Assembly (NCBI GenBank): GCA_964016885.1
Contig: OZ024748.1
Location: 12,958,001-13,022,000 of the forward strand
Direction of reading: 5' to 3'
Origin: Eledone cirrhosa
Lineage: Eukaryota
DNA length: 64,000 nt
Below are positions 43,543 through 57,761 of the stretch, one piece after another. The notes under the pieces are model-generated. The model saw only the letters and a list, made by a program, of their open reading frames with translations. It had not been told where the DNA came from and made no database searches. Each line of letters begins with the position of its first letter. Within the stretch, counting starts at the first letter, position 1. The position numbers were made by a program, and so were the translations under genes.

Positions 43543-44385
43543 TTCAAAATATTAATAAATATAGACATTCAATGTAATCAAAATATATTATATATATATA
43601 TATTATATATATATATATTATATATATATATACATTCATAGATACATAGATACATACATACATACAAACATATATATATAAATATATGAAGTTTCGTTTA
43701 CATGCATTTAGGTTCGTACTGTGTATCAACATATTATGCGAGTTTCGCAGAGGAGTGGCTCAAGGTCACCCATTGAAGATATGAATACGGCTGAAATACC
43801 AAGCTGCTCATTAGACTGATGATTTAACAAAAATGCATTTTATACAAAAAATACATATCAACAAAACTTCCTCGCTTTTCATAAAATATACAGCTGTTTG
43901 TGCATCGAGTGTTCATATTGTTTCCAGCTAGATATCCCAATGATTGCATAACTACAGCTATGATTACGTAAGCATCTGATGAAATCACATCCATACCTAT
44001 GTAACAGAAGTATATATTATGCAATAAAAGTAATTATGGTGAAATAACCCCGTCTTAACTACACCTATTTGATATATTAGGATTGCTGCTCTGAAATAGC
44101 GATGTATACATGAATGTATGTATAGTACATACATTTGGCAATATACCGTATGTTTAATTAAAAACATTTAGAAGACCATACGCTATCGGTTTAAAAGTAG
44201 TGATTATGTCACTTACTTCTTCTCGGCGAAAGAAGAGAGAGAAGCTGACAGTCTGTTTCACGCTGATTGGCGATCATCAGAGCCACGCACCCCTGCTTCC
44301 ACCGAATATATATATATATGATTATATATATATATATATGTTATATATATATACATATATATGTGTGTGTGTATATACATATATA

Positions 44386-44429
<44 letters not shown>

Positions 44430-44447
44430 AATACACACACACACAAT

Positions 44448-44539
<92 letters not shown>

Positions 44540-44838
44540 GAGAGAGAGAGAAATCTAGCAAAATATACGGTAGTGTCCAATCCGTATGAAGAACTCAATG
44601 TAATCCAAATATCATGAAAAGAGAAGATGCATTCAAAAATGTTCGATGAAAATCATAGGAAAACAGAAGACAGCATGTATATGTGAAGGTATGTATATTT
44701 CCTCTGATAATTTGTAAATTTTTACATAGATCTATCTGATATACATACCAACACACACATATATATCCTAGAAACGATCGTAAAATGATGAATTTTAATA
44801 TAAGAAATTTGTTCTTTGTTTCTATTTCATTTTTTTAA

Positions 44839-44970
<132 letters not shown>

Positions 44971-45409
44971 GAAGCAAAGAAAGGAGAGTAGAGAAGGACT
45001 GAGAGAACAAAACGGGTAGATTAATCGATAGATAGATAAATTGATAGATTGATAGATAGATAGAAAGAGTGAGAGAGTGAGAGAGGGAGAGAGTGATAGG
45101 CAGATACAAACACAAATACATACACAAAAGTGTATATGCGCAGAACGGGAGGGTTAGTCAGAGTTAGACAGATGTAGAGACAGAGAGACAGACAGAGAGA
45201 GACAGACAGAGAGAGACAGACAGACGAAAGACTGATTGACAGCGGGAGAGACAGACAGATATAGAGACAAACAGACTGACTGTCTGACATACGGACAGGT
45301 AGACATACAGACAGATAGATAGACACAGAGAGATAGACATAAAGACGAAATATGTGAGATACTCTGAAGACGACAGCCAAACAAATAAAACCACAAAGGA
45401 TGCAAAAAC

Positions 45410-45441
<32 letters not shown>

Positions 45442-45769
45442 TATATAAAAATACAACAAAAAACATAAAAATATACAAAATAAATAAATAAATACAATAA
45501 ATAAATAAATAAATAAATATATAGAAATATTTCCACAAAAAAAGGTGAAAAACAAAAGAAAAAGAAACGGGAAACGATGGAGTGTGAAGGATTGTCTTTC
45601 TCTTTCTTATTTCTTCTTAGAAGAAGAAAAAAATATATACGTAAAAATAGATATAAATAGTAAATAAATAAATATATATAAATAAATGAATGAATAAATA
45701 AATAACTAAATAAAAATAATAAATAGAAGAAAATAAATCAAAATAAAAAAACAACAAAACAGAGACACC

Positions 45770-45889
45770 CCGAAAAGAACTCGGTTCTCCTCATCCGCTC
45801 CGTCAGGCAGTAAACGAACACACAATAGACTAGCTACCACGCCCAATTAGCGGAAAATCGTCGTCTCCTTACTGGGGTAAGCAATGTGT

Positions 45890-45931
<42 letters not shown>

Positions 45932-46035
45932 GTATATACATACACACATATATATATATTTATATATATGTATATAAATATACATATGTGTGTGTTTGTG
46001 TGTGTGTGTATCTATATATCTATATACATATATAT

Positions 46036-46114
<79 letters not shown>

Positions 46115-46560
46115 TATATATGTATATAGATATATAGATACACACACACACAAACACACACATATGTATATTTATATATATGTATATATATATACATATA
46201 TATATATACACACACATATATATGTATATAGATATATAGATACACACACACACACACACACACGCAAACACACATATATATATGTATATGTGTGTGTGTG
46301 TATGTATGCGTGTATTTGTGCTTATGTATGTCAGTGTATATCAATGTATATATATATATAGAGAGAGAGAGAGAAAGAGAAATAGGGGGGATATGGGGTA
46401 GTGGAGAGACATGAGCTGACGAACGAAGAAGGAAAGCGGCGCCAATGAGGGCGGGACATAGTTTGTTGGTCAAGCGGGAGGTCGGAAGGAGCCGGACAGC
46501 TCAACAATACCCGGTTTCAGTTGCGATTGTTCCTAACCTGAGCTGGGTAGAAAGCTCCCT
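45770..46560. promoter_or_regulatory. Candidate divergent (head-to-head) promoter region
   Basis: Two CpG-containing unique islands: ccacgcccaatt at ~45837-45848, and CCAAT 46442-46446 plus GGGCGG 46449-46454; separated by a palindromic microsatellite. Confidence 0.4.
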
Positions 46561-46661
46561 AGACCAGTTCGGCGCCATAGCAAAGCAAGCCTGAATAAAA
46601 AAACGAAAATGAAACGAAAGAAAAGAAGAAAAGCACCAACAACAATAAATATCCCTGTCGT

Positions 46662-46697
<36 letters not shown>

Positions 46698-46841
46698 GCA
46701 TCAACAACAATAAATACCAACAAATAACAATAACAAAATACAATAAAGGGATGTTAGGCAATTTGACCCCAGCCACACGGTTCCTATGTAACAAGGTGTC
46801 TCAGTGCAGAGCTTTTTAAGGCCGACCGTCGTCGATCTTTT

Positions 46842-46903
<62 letters not shown>

Positions 46904-46989
46904 TTTATGTATATATATATATGGATAGATAGATAGATATATGTGAGTGTATGTGTATGTATGCGTGTGTGCGTGTGAGTATATATATT

Positions 46990-47022
<33 letters not shown>

Positions 47023-47204
47023 GAGTGTGTGTTTGTGTGAGTGTGTGTGTGCGTGCTTGTGTGTGTGTGTGTCTGTGTGTGCGTGCGTGTGCGTATGTGT
47101 GCGAGTGGATTTACTAGCAAGATAGAAAGCTATTCAATATGTTGTAGATTTTATTCATTTATTCAAAGTAGATATATATATATATACATATATAAGTATA
47201 AATA

Positions 47205-47274
<70 letters not shown>

Positions 47275-47749
47275 CGTGCGTGTGTGCGTGTGTGTGTATG
47301 TGTGTGTCTATGCGTGTGTATGTGCGTGTTTGTATGTGTATGCATATACATATATACACGTGTATATACATGTATAGAGAGTGATGGAAAGATCGGGGAG
47401 AGGGGGAAACAAAGAGATGTCTATAAACGTATGTATATCTATATGTCTGTGTTTGTGTGTGTATGTGCGTGTGTATGTTTGTGCGTGTGTGTGTTTACTA
47501 CGTTGTTCTATATAGAGCCGGAGGTTTAGCCGTATCAAGCAAGCTCACGATCAAAGGCATTCTAGTGTTATTGTCAGGCAGAAGCTATCTAGGATTACAT
47601 TATCCATGCGCCTCTCATATTTTATGTCGTTAGGGCGTGATATGTGAGGGATTGTGTTACTATTTCTAGCATGTTGGGTGACCACGTAAATGTTATTACT
47701 TTTTTCATTGGGCCTTATAGTTTGATTTGTATTTAGGTATGTATCCATA

Positions 47750-47920
47750 GAAGGGAGATGAATTGATAGAGTCGTTAGAATGTCGGATAGAATGCTTTGC
47801 GGGTTTAGTTTCGGCACACTGCTCTCTGAGTTCAAATCCCACTGAGGTCAACTTTGCCTTTCATCCATTCGAGGGCGATAAAAAAGTACCAAAAGTACAA
47901 GTCTAGTACTGGGGTTGATT
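47750..47920 (+). mobile_element. Older SINE copy
   Basis: ctgagttcaaatcccactgaggtcaactttgcctttcatcc core. Confidence 0.8.
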
Positions 47921-48193
47921 CCTCTTCCATATTTCTTGCTCAGTTTCGCTGCTTTTCGACCAGAAGACGAATAAGCTCCACCAATCTTAAATTTCAATAT
48001 GACTCCATCAGGATTTATTCATAAATGCACACACACACACAAAATACTGACACACACACTCTCACACACACACATACACATACATACATACACACACAGA
48101 CAGTGAGCTGGAACACACAGCAAGGCATTTTCAATACGATGCTTTAACGACACAGCCAATACGAGACCATTTATATGCTTGTATACACTACAG

Positions 48194-48250
<57 letters not shown>

Positions 48251-48286
48251 CGTGTATGTGTCTGCGTTTCTGTGCATGGAGAAAGT

Positions 48287-48349
<63 letters not shown>

Positions 48350-48844
48350 GCGGGCGGGATAAAAGAGAAGTGAAACAACATTCCTTGCTAATGTACGAGA
48401 ATAGAAAATGAAGAAGGATATTTTTAACCTAAGAAAGTAAACCTACCTGAGCAACTGATTAACAGAAAGACTGACTTATGTATTGAAATATGGAACGTCA
48501 ATGGTAACATAATTCATACAAAATGTTGCTGTTTTACACAGCAGATTTCTGATGATGGGTTAATTTGATTTCTTTACACATACGTATCTGCAATGTGGAC
48601 ATATGTCGTAATGACGCTGTCCTGAAAGACGTCGTTTCTTTGTCACTTTAAAGCTTGCAGAACCCATCGCCCTGAAGGTCGCAACCCATCCAGCATCTTC
48701 CAGATTAATGAAAGAAACGACTCTGCTGTTATACTAAAACTTTATTTTTATTGACCATGAAAGTATGAAAGGCAAATTTGACCTGGTAAATGTATCGAAT
48801 GTACTATGAGCAGAATATCACTGCATTCGTTGTCCTTACATTCT

Positions 48845-49268
48845 TTAACCCTTTAGCATTCACATTATTTTATATATAGGATTGGCAGTACCAGTAGAGG
48901 GTCGGACGCCATGCTTTGACGCATAGAGTTACGGTCCTTGCCATTCTGAGTTCAAATCCCGCCGAGGTTAACTTTGCCTTTCATCCTTTCGGGGTCGATA
49001 AAATAAAGTACCAGTAATACACTGGGTTAATTGCTGGCCTTGTGCCAAAAGTAGAAACAATTATTTTATATATACTATTATATTTTCATGGTAAAGGTTT
49101 TACCTCGCATAATTATCTCACATAATATCGAATCTATGAGATTTTGAAAGTATTTATTTTGAGAACAATACCTTAACATCAGTTTGAGTGACCAGTTACA
49201 GTCAGTTTCAACAGAAAGAGGTAGACAATTCTGGCCGGTTTTGGCCGGTTTGAACATTAAAGGGTTAA
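48845..49268. mobile_element. piggyBac-type MITE interrupted by a SINE
   Basis: TTAA-CCCTTTA...TAAAGGG-TTAA termini. Confidence 0.75.
48879..49059 (+). mobile_element. Young SINE with 15-bp TSD
   Basis: TSD attattttatatata at 48864-48878 and 49060-49074. Confidence 0.9.
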
Positions 49269-49321
49269 TGAGGTTGGTAAAAAGAATTATCTGTAAGTAT
49301 GCACCTGATATAGTAAGAAAA

Positions 49322-49385
49322 GAGTATTAACGTTTCAGACGCCAGTCTTTCATCAGAAAATAGAAAGATAAATTATAGAAGAATA
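49322..49385 (-). ncRNA. Minimal HHR (family E)
   Basis: CUGAUGA-A-AGAC-UGGC-GUCU-GAAACGUU; stem II covaries relative to GGAC/GUYC in the other copies. Confidence 0.55.
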
Positions 49386-49528
49386 TATATATATATAACA
49401 AAGATGACTCAGTGATCTGCTAATCTGAATTTACACTGAGACTTACAGATTCTTCGATGCTTGACATGATAAATTCCCAAATACATGATCATCTGTTGTA
49501 CTCCTGGCCTTGTGCCTAAATTAGAAAT

Positions 49529-49596
<68 letters not shown>

Positions 49597-49915
49597 GTTT
49601 CATTTTGTATACTATGTATACTAACTGAAGACGTTTTTAGTTACTAAGATAATGTGGGTGTTTAGTAAAGGATTGTCACAGTTGAGGAGTGTTTCTTTTC
49701 CGAAATCAGAGGAACGAGAAAGGAGGAATACGAAATTCTCTGAAACAAAAGAAAGAAGTTCTTTTGACTCATTTAAATCGCTGCTTCTATTATGGGAATA
49801 GAACGGCAATTGTTTTTGTATATATAGTATACATATTTCTAGATGCTTGTTCAATACGTATTATAATACGTATATATCTATATATATCTATCTATATATA
49901 TATATATATATATAT

Positions 49916-50110
49916 ATAGGAAAAAGTATGACCCCGACGGCAGAGTTCAAGCCGTTTCCACGGCTATTTCTGGACAGAAATAGCCGTCGAAACGGCTTGA
50001 GCTCTGCCGTCGGGGTCATACTTTTTCCTATTTCCCACTCTACTACCCTAAGTATTGAGTACTCTGGTGCGTTATGGTCCATCTGATTCCTTACCACAAT
50101 TCCTTTGTTA
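49916..50110 (+). mobile_element. Family A hairpin-plus-tail element (most complete copy)
   Basis: 116-bp palindrome 49916-50031; right arm holds GAAA(49989-92)-ACGGC/GCCGU-C50011-GGGGUC; tail runs to (TA)n. Confidence 0.9.
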
Positions 50111-50237
50111 TATATATATATATATGTATATATATATACAGTATTTACGTATCGAGAAAGAGAAAAAAAGGGGAGGATAGGTGATACATATAGTTATTTA
50201 CCAAGTAGCGTATGCCAATATATATATATATATATAT

Positions 50238-50408
50238 TGGTCACCGCGGCCCTTCTATCGGTCGCTGTCTTCATTTTGCAAAGCCGTCTAAACGTAATGT
50301 TATAACTCTAGGGTTATATACCCTATTCGAGTGCTTAGCTGAACACCGAAACTGCATTCGTTAGCTTGGCTGCAACCATCGCTTCGTTGATGCTGTACTA
50401 AATTTTGT
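50238..50408 (+). mobile_element. Family I element end
   Basis: Colinear with 52872-53046 (tcggtcgctg..gtctaaacgtaatg.tataactcta..gcattcgttagcttg..atgctgtacta); both end at (TA)n. Confidence 0.7.
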
Positions 50409-50965
50409 ATATATATATATATATATGTCTATATATGTACATACAGACAGTAGCTGCTTCATTGAAATATAACAGCACACACAACAAAGGTTTTCCAGTA
50501 ATTACCTCAATACTATTAACATGGCCGCCGCGATGATCCTAACTCCATTTTGCTTATTTCAGTTTTACTTAGAATTTGAAAAATGTTTAAAATTTAGAAA
50601 CATTTATTAAAATTAAAGTGCAACAGAATTGTATATTTTCAGGAAGTAACAACACAAAGAAACCCAAATTCTATTATATGTTAGTATAATGGAAGTTATT
50701 AGTGGAAATACCACGTGGGGGTCTTACATTGAGCGAGAGGACGTTGAGGTGTTGGTTACTTAGTGTACTGAGGGATAAGAAAACAAACAGATACACATAC
50801 ATACATCCCTCCATACATAAATAGAAACATGCATACATGGATACGTATATGGATACATAGATACATAGATGCATACATACATAGATAGATGCGCATATAT
50901 ATATATGGATAGATAGATAGATATATGTGAGTGTATGTGTCTGTATGCGTGTGTGCGCATATATT

Positions 50966-51002
<37 letters not shown>

Positions 51003-51007
51003 TTGTG

Positions 51008-51151
51008 TTAGAAATGCGCAACCGGTAAAAACTTAAAAACTTAAAACCACAAATGAATACTAACCCATACAATTACTAATACTCTTTTATTCCTAATTAA
51101 ACCATTTTTCAACTGTGAACAATTTGTCAGCATTTTCTATTCCGTTTACCA

Positions 51152-51155
<4 letters not shown>
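51008..51155 (+). mobile_element. Family J end, young copy
   Basis: About 3 visible mismatches to 25765-25912. Confidence 0.85.
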
Positions 51156-51187
<32 letters not shown>

Positions 51188-52123
51188 GTATATATATGCA
51201 TATATATATATACGAATATGCATATGTAAATGTGTATACGCATATACACATTCAAGCACTTATAAATATCTATATGCACAGACACCCCCATCTCTCTCTA
51301 TATATATGTGTATATATATGTGTGTGTATGTATATATATATAGGTAGGTAGGTAGATAGAGAGAGAGAGAAAAAAAAAGAGAGAAAGAGAGAAGATTAAT
51401 GGATAGATAGTTTGATAGCTAGATAGATAGATAGGCAGTTAGATATACAGGCCTACATATATACAGACATACCTATATACATGTTTGTAAAGTGTGTGTA
51501 TATTACACTGGCAAATGTATGGGAATTTATAATTCAGCTTTCTTAATATTTATTGAATTATTCACAAATTTGGGATATCTGTGAAATGATTAGTTACAGA
51601 CCTCCTTGAGTTGTGGCATTTATTCATAACTACGTGAAGGTTGGACTCCATAAATAAAGTAAGGCGATGTACAAGGCAAGTTAACTCAAACTGATTTGAG
51701 AACTGATGAGGTGAAGATGTGTGTGTGTAAACTTGTCTTGTACATCGCCTTTATTTCTTTCTTCTTGTCACTTCTGTGCACCAACACATTTCTCCTTGAC
51801 CTCATCCTCTTTCAATCTTTTCTATATTTCATCTGCCTTTCACCAACCTTTTGGGTTGTCATTCTGTTGAGCACTGGCCGCTGGTCTCTGTCCTCTGAAG
51901 TATTCTTGCCCATCGCTGTCTTTGACAGCATTTTGTTGTTTTAACGGCTGCTCTAGCGATGAGTTTTCTCATTTCTATATGTATTATATACATATATATG
52001 GGGTGGGTAAAATTCCCGTAAAATGTCCGTGTGTGTGGAAAAGGTAAACAGAAATAACAACACAATCGGTACAGTATATGGAGCGAATATATTAGGTTAA
52101 CGCTTGAAAGAGCAGGAAAAGTG

Positions 52124-52159
52124 TCTTAATGTTTCGAACGCTAGTCCTTCATCAGAAGA
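52124..52159 (-). ncRNA. Minimal HHR (family E) in element ~52000-52395
   Basis: UCUU-CUGAUGA-A-GGAC-UAGC-GUUC-GAAACAUU-AAGA; flanks colinear with 26612-26760. Confidence 0.55.
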
Positions 52160-52395
52160 TAGAATTAGAAGTAAGATAGATTGAAGGGGCGGGCGGGGTG
52201 GAATTGGAAAAAATGTCTTTAGATAAAAATAACTGGTCCAGGAGTGAAGAACAACGCGGATGAGCGATACAGTATGTTTTATTCCAAGTATTATTAAATG
52301 TTTCATTGGTCCCGTGTGTCAAAAATCGCTATCTGTAGTGATACATTGACAATAGATTGTTACCTCCAAATACATTTTCAAAATATACAAATTTT

Positions 52396-52433
<38 letters not shown>

Positions 52434-52440
52434 AATACAA

Positions 52441-53046
52441 TATCGGAGAAAGCTTTTTAGCGATACTCCGGCTAAGTTCCAACTCACTCAAGTTCCAACT
52501 CACTCAACAAACATTAGGAAATAAGTGATTATATTCCCAATTATGTGTTCGGGGTGCTAACTAAAAGTATTGCGTGGAAAATTGGCTGTATTATTTCAAA
52601 TGAGACATATCTAATAACCGGGGGTTACCTCCCTTCGGAGAAACCACGTGATTATTAGCAGTGTTTACTACTAGTTCTTGCAACCGGCGGCGGAGGACGA
52701 AAACTGTTCTATCTTCCAAGGACCAATCAACTTGCAGGCCCATGCAAATGGATTTTGTTGATTTCGGATTTACAGAAACCTAGTGGAGATGTTATATAAT
52801 ATTATGTAATATGTCCACGATGGTCCAGGTAACTGTCAAACATTGCCCTGAGTCGGTTTTTTCGTTGTTCTGGTCCTAGCGGCTGGCATTTCGGTCGCTG
52901 GCTTCAATTTGCATAGCTGTCTAAACGTAATGGTATAACTCTAAGGTAAAATTCTTCCTTATTGAGTGCGTTTGGCTGTACTTCCCGACAGCATTCGTTA
53001 GCTTGCCCGCAACCAGAGCTCCGATTATGCTGTACTACCTTCTTGT
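52441..53046. mobile_element. ~600-bp (TA)n-flanked element with a family H end and a family I end
   Basis: Left end homologous to 440-598 and right end to 50238-50408. Confidence 0.65.
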
Positions 53047-53071
53047 ATATATATATATATATATATATAAA

Positions 53072-53114
<43 letters not shown>

Positions 53115-53379
53115 CTGAAGACGGGTTTATATGTGTATTATATATATGGAAACTGTCAAAGTTCAACTCAACAGCTGAAGACCTTGAACTTCTGTATCTT
53201 CCATCTGGCTTTTTATATTCAAAAAGCTTTTACTTAAGATTTCCTCTTTAAAAAGTTATTTAATTATCCTAATATTTATATATATATATATAGTAAAACA
53301 TTGAACGGGAACAAAACAGAGAGGCAGTACGAACAAAGGTTTATTAGTTTCACGCTCTTGAGAGTGGGGTGTTGGTGGA

Positions 53380-53416
53380 GAACGACGTTTCGAGCATAAG
53401 CCCTTCTTCAGGTAAA
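53380..53416 (-). ncRNA. Minimal HHR-like motif
   Basis: CUGAAGA-A-GGGC-UUAU-GCUC-GAA-ACGU-C; stem I is weak. Confidence 0.5.
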
Positions 53417-53503
53417 AAGTGTGTGGGAAGAGAGTTCCAAGGGTGTGTAGGGGGGGGGGGGGGTGGAGAGACATATAGAAAAAAGGGGGTATATATATAT
53501 ATA

Positions 53504-53698
53504 TAACGAAGGAAGTGTGGTAAGGTACCACATGGACCATAACGCACTAGAGTAATCAATACTTAGGGTAGTAGAGTAAGTAATAGGAGAATGTTTAACC
53601 CCGACAGCAGAGCTCAAGACGTTTCGACAGCTATTTCAGACCAGAAATAGCCGTCGAAACGGCTTGAGCTCTGCCGTCGGGGTTAAACAATCTCCTAT
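53504..53698 (-). mobile_element. Family A hairpin-plus-tail element
   Basis: Tail followed by palindrome 53583-53698; (TA)n on both sides. Confidence 0.9.
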
Positions 53699-53878
53699 AT
53701 ATATATATATACATATATGTGAGGGTAGATAGTGGGATGAACGGTTGAATGGGTGCATAGATTCGATAGATGAATAGGTTGACAAAAAGTGAGAGTGGTA
53801 AAAATATAACATCTACAATGTAACACATACACACATACACCGAGGCACACAAACACACACACACACACGCATATATAT

Positions 53879-53911
<33 letters not shown>

Positions 53912-54065
53912 AATATATGTGTATGTGTGTGTGTGTGCGTATATACGTGTGTATGTATGTATGTATGTATGTATGTATGTATGTATGTATGTATGTATGT
54001 ATGTATATAAGTGTGTATATGTATGCGCGTACGTATATATATATGTTTGTATGTATAAATGTACA

Positions 54066-54107
<42 letters not shown>

Positions 54108-54180
54108 TATACATATATATACATATATACATATATATACATATATACATATATACATATATATACATATATATATATAC

Positions 54181-54211
<31 letters not shown>

Positions 54212-54723
54212 TACATATATACATATATATATACATATATATACATATATATATATATATATACATATATATAAATAGAAAGAGAGAGAGAGGTGGATGA
54301 AGGCGGAGTAGGAATGGAGACGTCACATTCACAAAGACAATGGTAAAACAGTGTGAAGCCGTGTAGTGAACAGTGGAACCAATTAGCAACTCTCCCCCCC
54401 CCCTCTCTCTCTCTCACACGCCAAATACATACCTCTCTCTCTCTCTAACTCTCTGTCTCTCTCTCTCTCTCACTGTTTCTTTTCTCCTTCTTTCTCTCCT
54501 TCTTCCTCCAGTTAATTATCATGGTTAACAGGTCTCCCAGTACGATTCCTATAAAGAAAGATATAAAGAAAGAAGGATATAGAGAAAAAGGAAAAGCTCG
54601 GCTGAGGTATAGAGCTATTTCAGTTGAGACGACACTATATACTACACTACACTTTCTAACTCCTCTCACACTTTAACACATTGCTTTACCTTCTTCAACA
54701 CACACATATATACATACACGCAT

Positions 54724-54754
<31 letters not shown>

Positions 54755-54759
54755 CACAT

Positions 54760-54804
<45 letters not shown>

Positions 54805-54819
54805 TACATACACAAACAT

Positions 54820-54855
<36 letters not shown>

Positions 54856-54860
<5 letters not shown>

Positions 54861-54992
54861 AACCAGTAAGACCCCGACGGCTGAGTTCAAGCCGTTTCGA
54901 CGGCTAATTCTGGACTCACCCACTCTACTACCCTAAGTATTGAGTACTTTGATGCGTTATGGTCCACCTGGTTCCTTATCACATTTCCTTCG

Positions 54993-54994
<2 letters not shown>
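54856..54994 (+). mobile_element. Family A element with one arm deleted
   Basis: Left arm joined directly to the tail (ctggac|tcacccactctac). Confidence 0.85.
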
Positions 54995-55065
<71 letters not shown>

Positions 55066-55443
55066 CATACATACACAAACACACATATATATATATATAT
55101 ATATATACAGAGAGACACACACATATGTATATATATATACGCACACACAGATACACACACACATACGCACACATATATACATATATATATATATGCACAC
55201 ACATAAATGTATATATACATACACAGACACTCACACATACATACACAAATGCATACATACATAGATATATCCATATATACATATATACATGCATGCTTAC
55301 ATACATGCAGATATAAAGACATACAGACATGCATGCAAGCATGCATACACACAACTGATATATTCATAACTCACACAAACATACACATATATACATACAT
55401 ACATATCTATCTATCTATCTCTCTCTCTATATATATATATACT

Positions 55444-55528
<85 letters not shown>

Positions 55529-55573
55529 ATACATACATACATACATACATACATACATACATACATACATACA

Positions 55574-55605
<32 letters not shown>

Positions 55606-56510
55606 CATATATGTATGGCTTTTCTCTTGTTCTCAGTTTCCTTCTGAACCCACTTTTAGCTTCTGTATTTATCTATCAGTAAATCAATCAAAAGATCGAT
55701 ATATTTCTTCTGTCTCAATACCATTATTCTATATCGCACACAAGTTCCTTACAGACACACATGTCCCTCACACATACATGGTGGCTGCCAACTCGTTTTC
55801 GAGTACGGCCACTACTTTATATCCATGTAGGAGAACCCCTACCGATGCGTTGAACGAGTGTGACTTCCTAGTCCAGCCAGCGACTTGAAAACTCTGGTAC
55901 AAACACAACACTTGTGACAATTATTGACACATAGTGCTGGGCCCATGGTACCATGTGACGACAAGTGCAGAGAGATCTCCAGATATAAAGCAATGCCTGT
56001 GCCGTGAAGCTTTTATAGTGAGCAAAGGCACTGCACAAAGCCAGTCCCACTCTCTTAAACAAGATGATATTTACCAAAAAGAAGAACAAGTCAACATCAT
56101 TGGATACCATCAGGGTTGCAGGTGTTATATCAGAGTTTTCCTTCTCCTAGAATTCTGCCTTGACACATACATACATATATACATACATACACTGATATAT
56201 ACATACACACAAGGCCCCTCACACAGAGACATACATACATGCATACATACATAGATTCATAGATACACACATAGATACATTCATCTATATATACGTACAT
56301 CCATGCATATATATATATATATATACGCATACATATATACAAACATATATATGTATACATGCATGCATACACATACAAATACGAGAGTACGATAATCAAT
56401 CTACCTATTTATTTCTTACTACATATATCAATCTAGAGCGGGTAAAATTCCTGAGATCCATGTACGAGTCCTCTCCAGCGGTCTCTGTCCCTCATTATCG
56501 CCGCATCGTC

Positions 56511-56555
<45 letters not shown>

Positions 56556-56719
56556 TAAATTAATATATATGATGAACACAAATACCAACATATCTGTGTT
56601 TATATTGTAAAAGAAATTAAGTTAGCTAGAATGAAATATACTAATTATAATATAATAATTATAATAGGAATGCTTGAGTTTTGAACTCAATACATTTAAT
56701 ATATATATATATACATATA

Positions 56720-56807
<88 letters not shown>

Positions 56808-56883
56808 TACATATATATGTATACTTGCATGCATACACATACAAATATATATATATAATATTAAAAAAAAACAAAAAAAAACG

Positions 56884-56986
56884 AAAAATCAGTGATGCAT
56901 CTAGACTCAGTTTATTGCGTGTTACAATTGGTTCGCCGACAATTGTAACACGCAATAAACTGAGTCTAGATGCATCACTGATTTTT
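56884..56986. repeat. Perfect 47-bp-arm hairpin plus tail next to (TA)n
   Basis: aaaaatcagtgatgcatctagactcagtttattgcgtgttacaattg-gttcgccga-reverse complement. Confidence 0.92.
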
Positions 56987-57076
56987 TTTTATTTTTATAT
57001 TATATCACATTCTGCTCTGTAAGAACATCGAGTGCTCACCTGGCATACCGCCTATGGAAGCACCATAGCTACCATT

Positions 57077-57196
<120 letters not shown>

Positions 57197-57207
57197 GTAT
57201 GTGTGTG

Positions 57208-57262
<55 letters not shown>

Positions 57263-57324
57263 ATGTATGTATGTAGTATGTACATATATATTTATAAGTG
57301 TATGTATATATGTTTGTATACTGG

Positions 57325-57450
57325 CAGTGAAGGTGCTTATCCTAGTGGTTAGAAAATTAGATTGGCAATAATGAGGGTAGGAGTTCGATTCCCGGACCGG
57401 GCTATGCATTATGTCCTTGAGCATGATACTTTATTGCCTCGTTGCTGTTT
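57325..57450 (+). mobile_element. CORE-like tRNA-SINE 5' part
   Basis: tagtggttag A box, ggagttcgattccc B box, tgtccttgagca CORE-like motif. Confidence 0.65.
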
Positions 57451-57719
57451 TTATGAAGATTTGCGACCGGTAAAAAGTATCAGCAATGTCAAGACCAATG
57501 GAAACATTGTCTATTCGGTCCGCTTCGATGAGTCGGTAAACAAATGAGGTTCGAGATATTATCGACCGATTCCTTCAGTATAAATTGCACGCAGAAAAAC
57601 AGTTACGTAAGATGAACAGGCAAGTTATTCAAGTAGTGTGTGTGTGTGTGTGAGTGTGTGTGTGTGTGTATGTATGTGTGTGTGTGTGTGTGAGTGTGTC
57701 CGTGTGTGTGAGTGTGTCC

Positions 57720-57761
<42 letters not shown>

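Noticed and set aside
53110-53165. CUGAAGA...GAAACUGUC as a hammerhead
   Set aside because: Stems I and II do not pair convincingly; the same applies to ctgatga at ~245, ~43817, ~43976 and ~48548.
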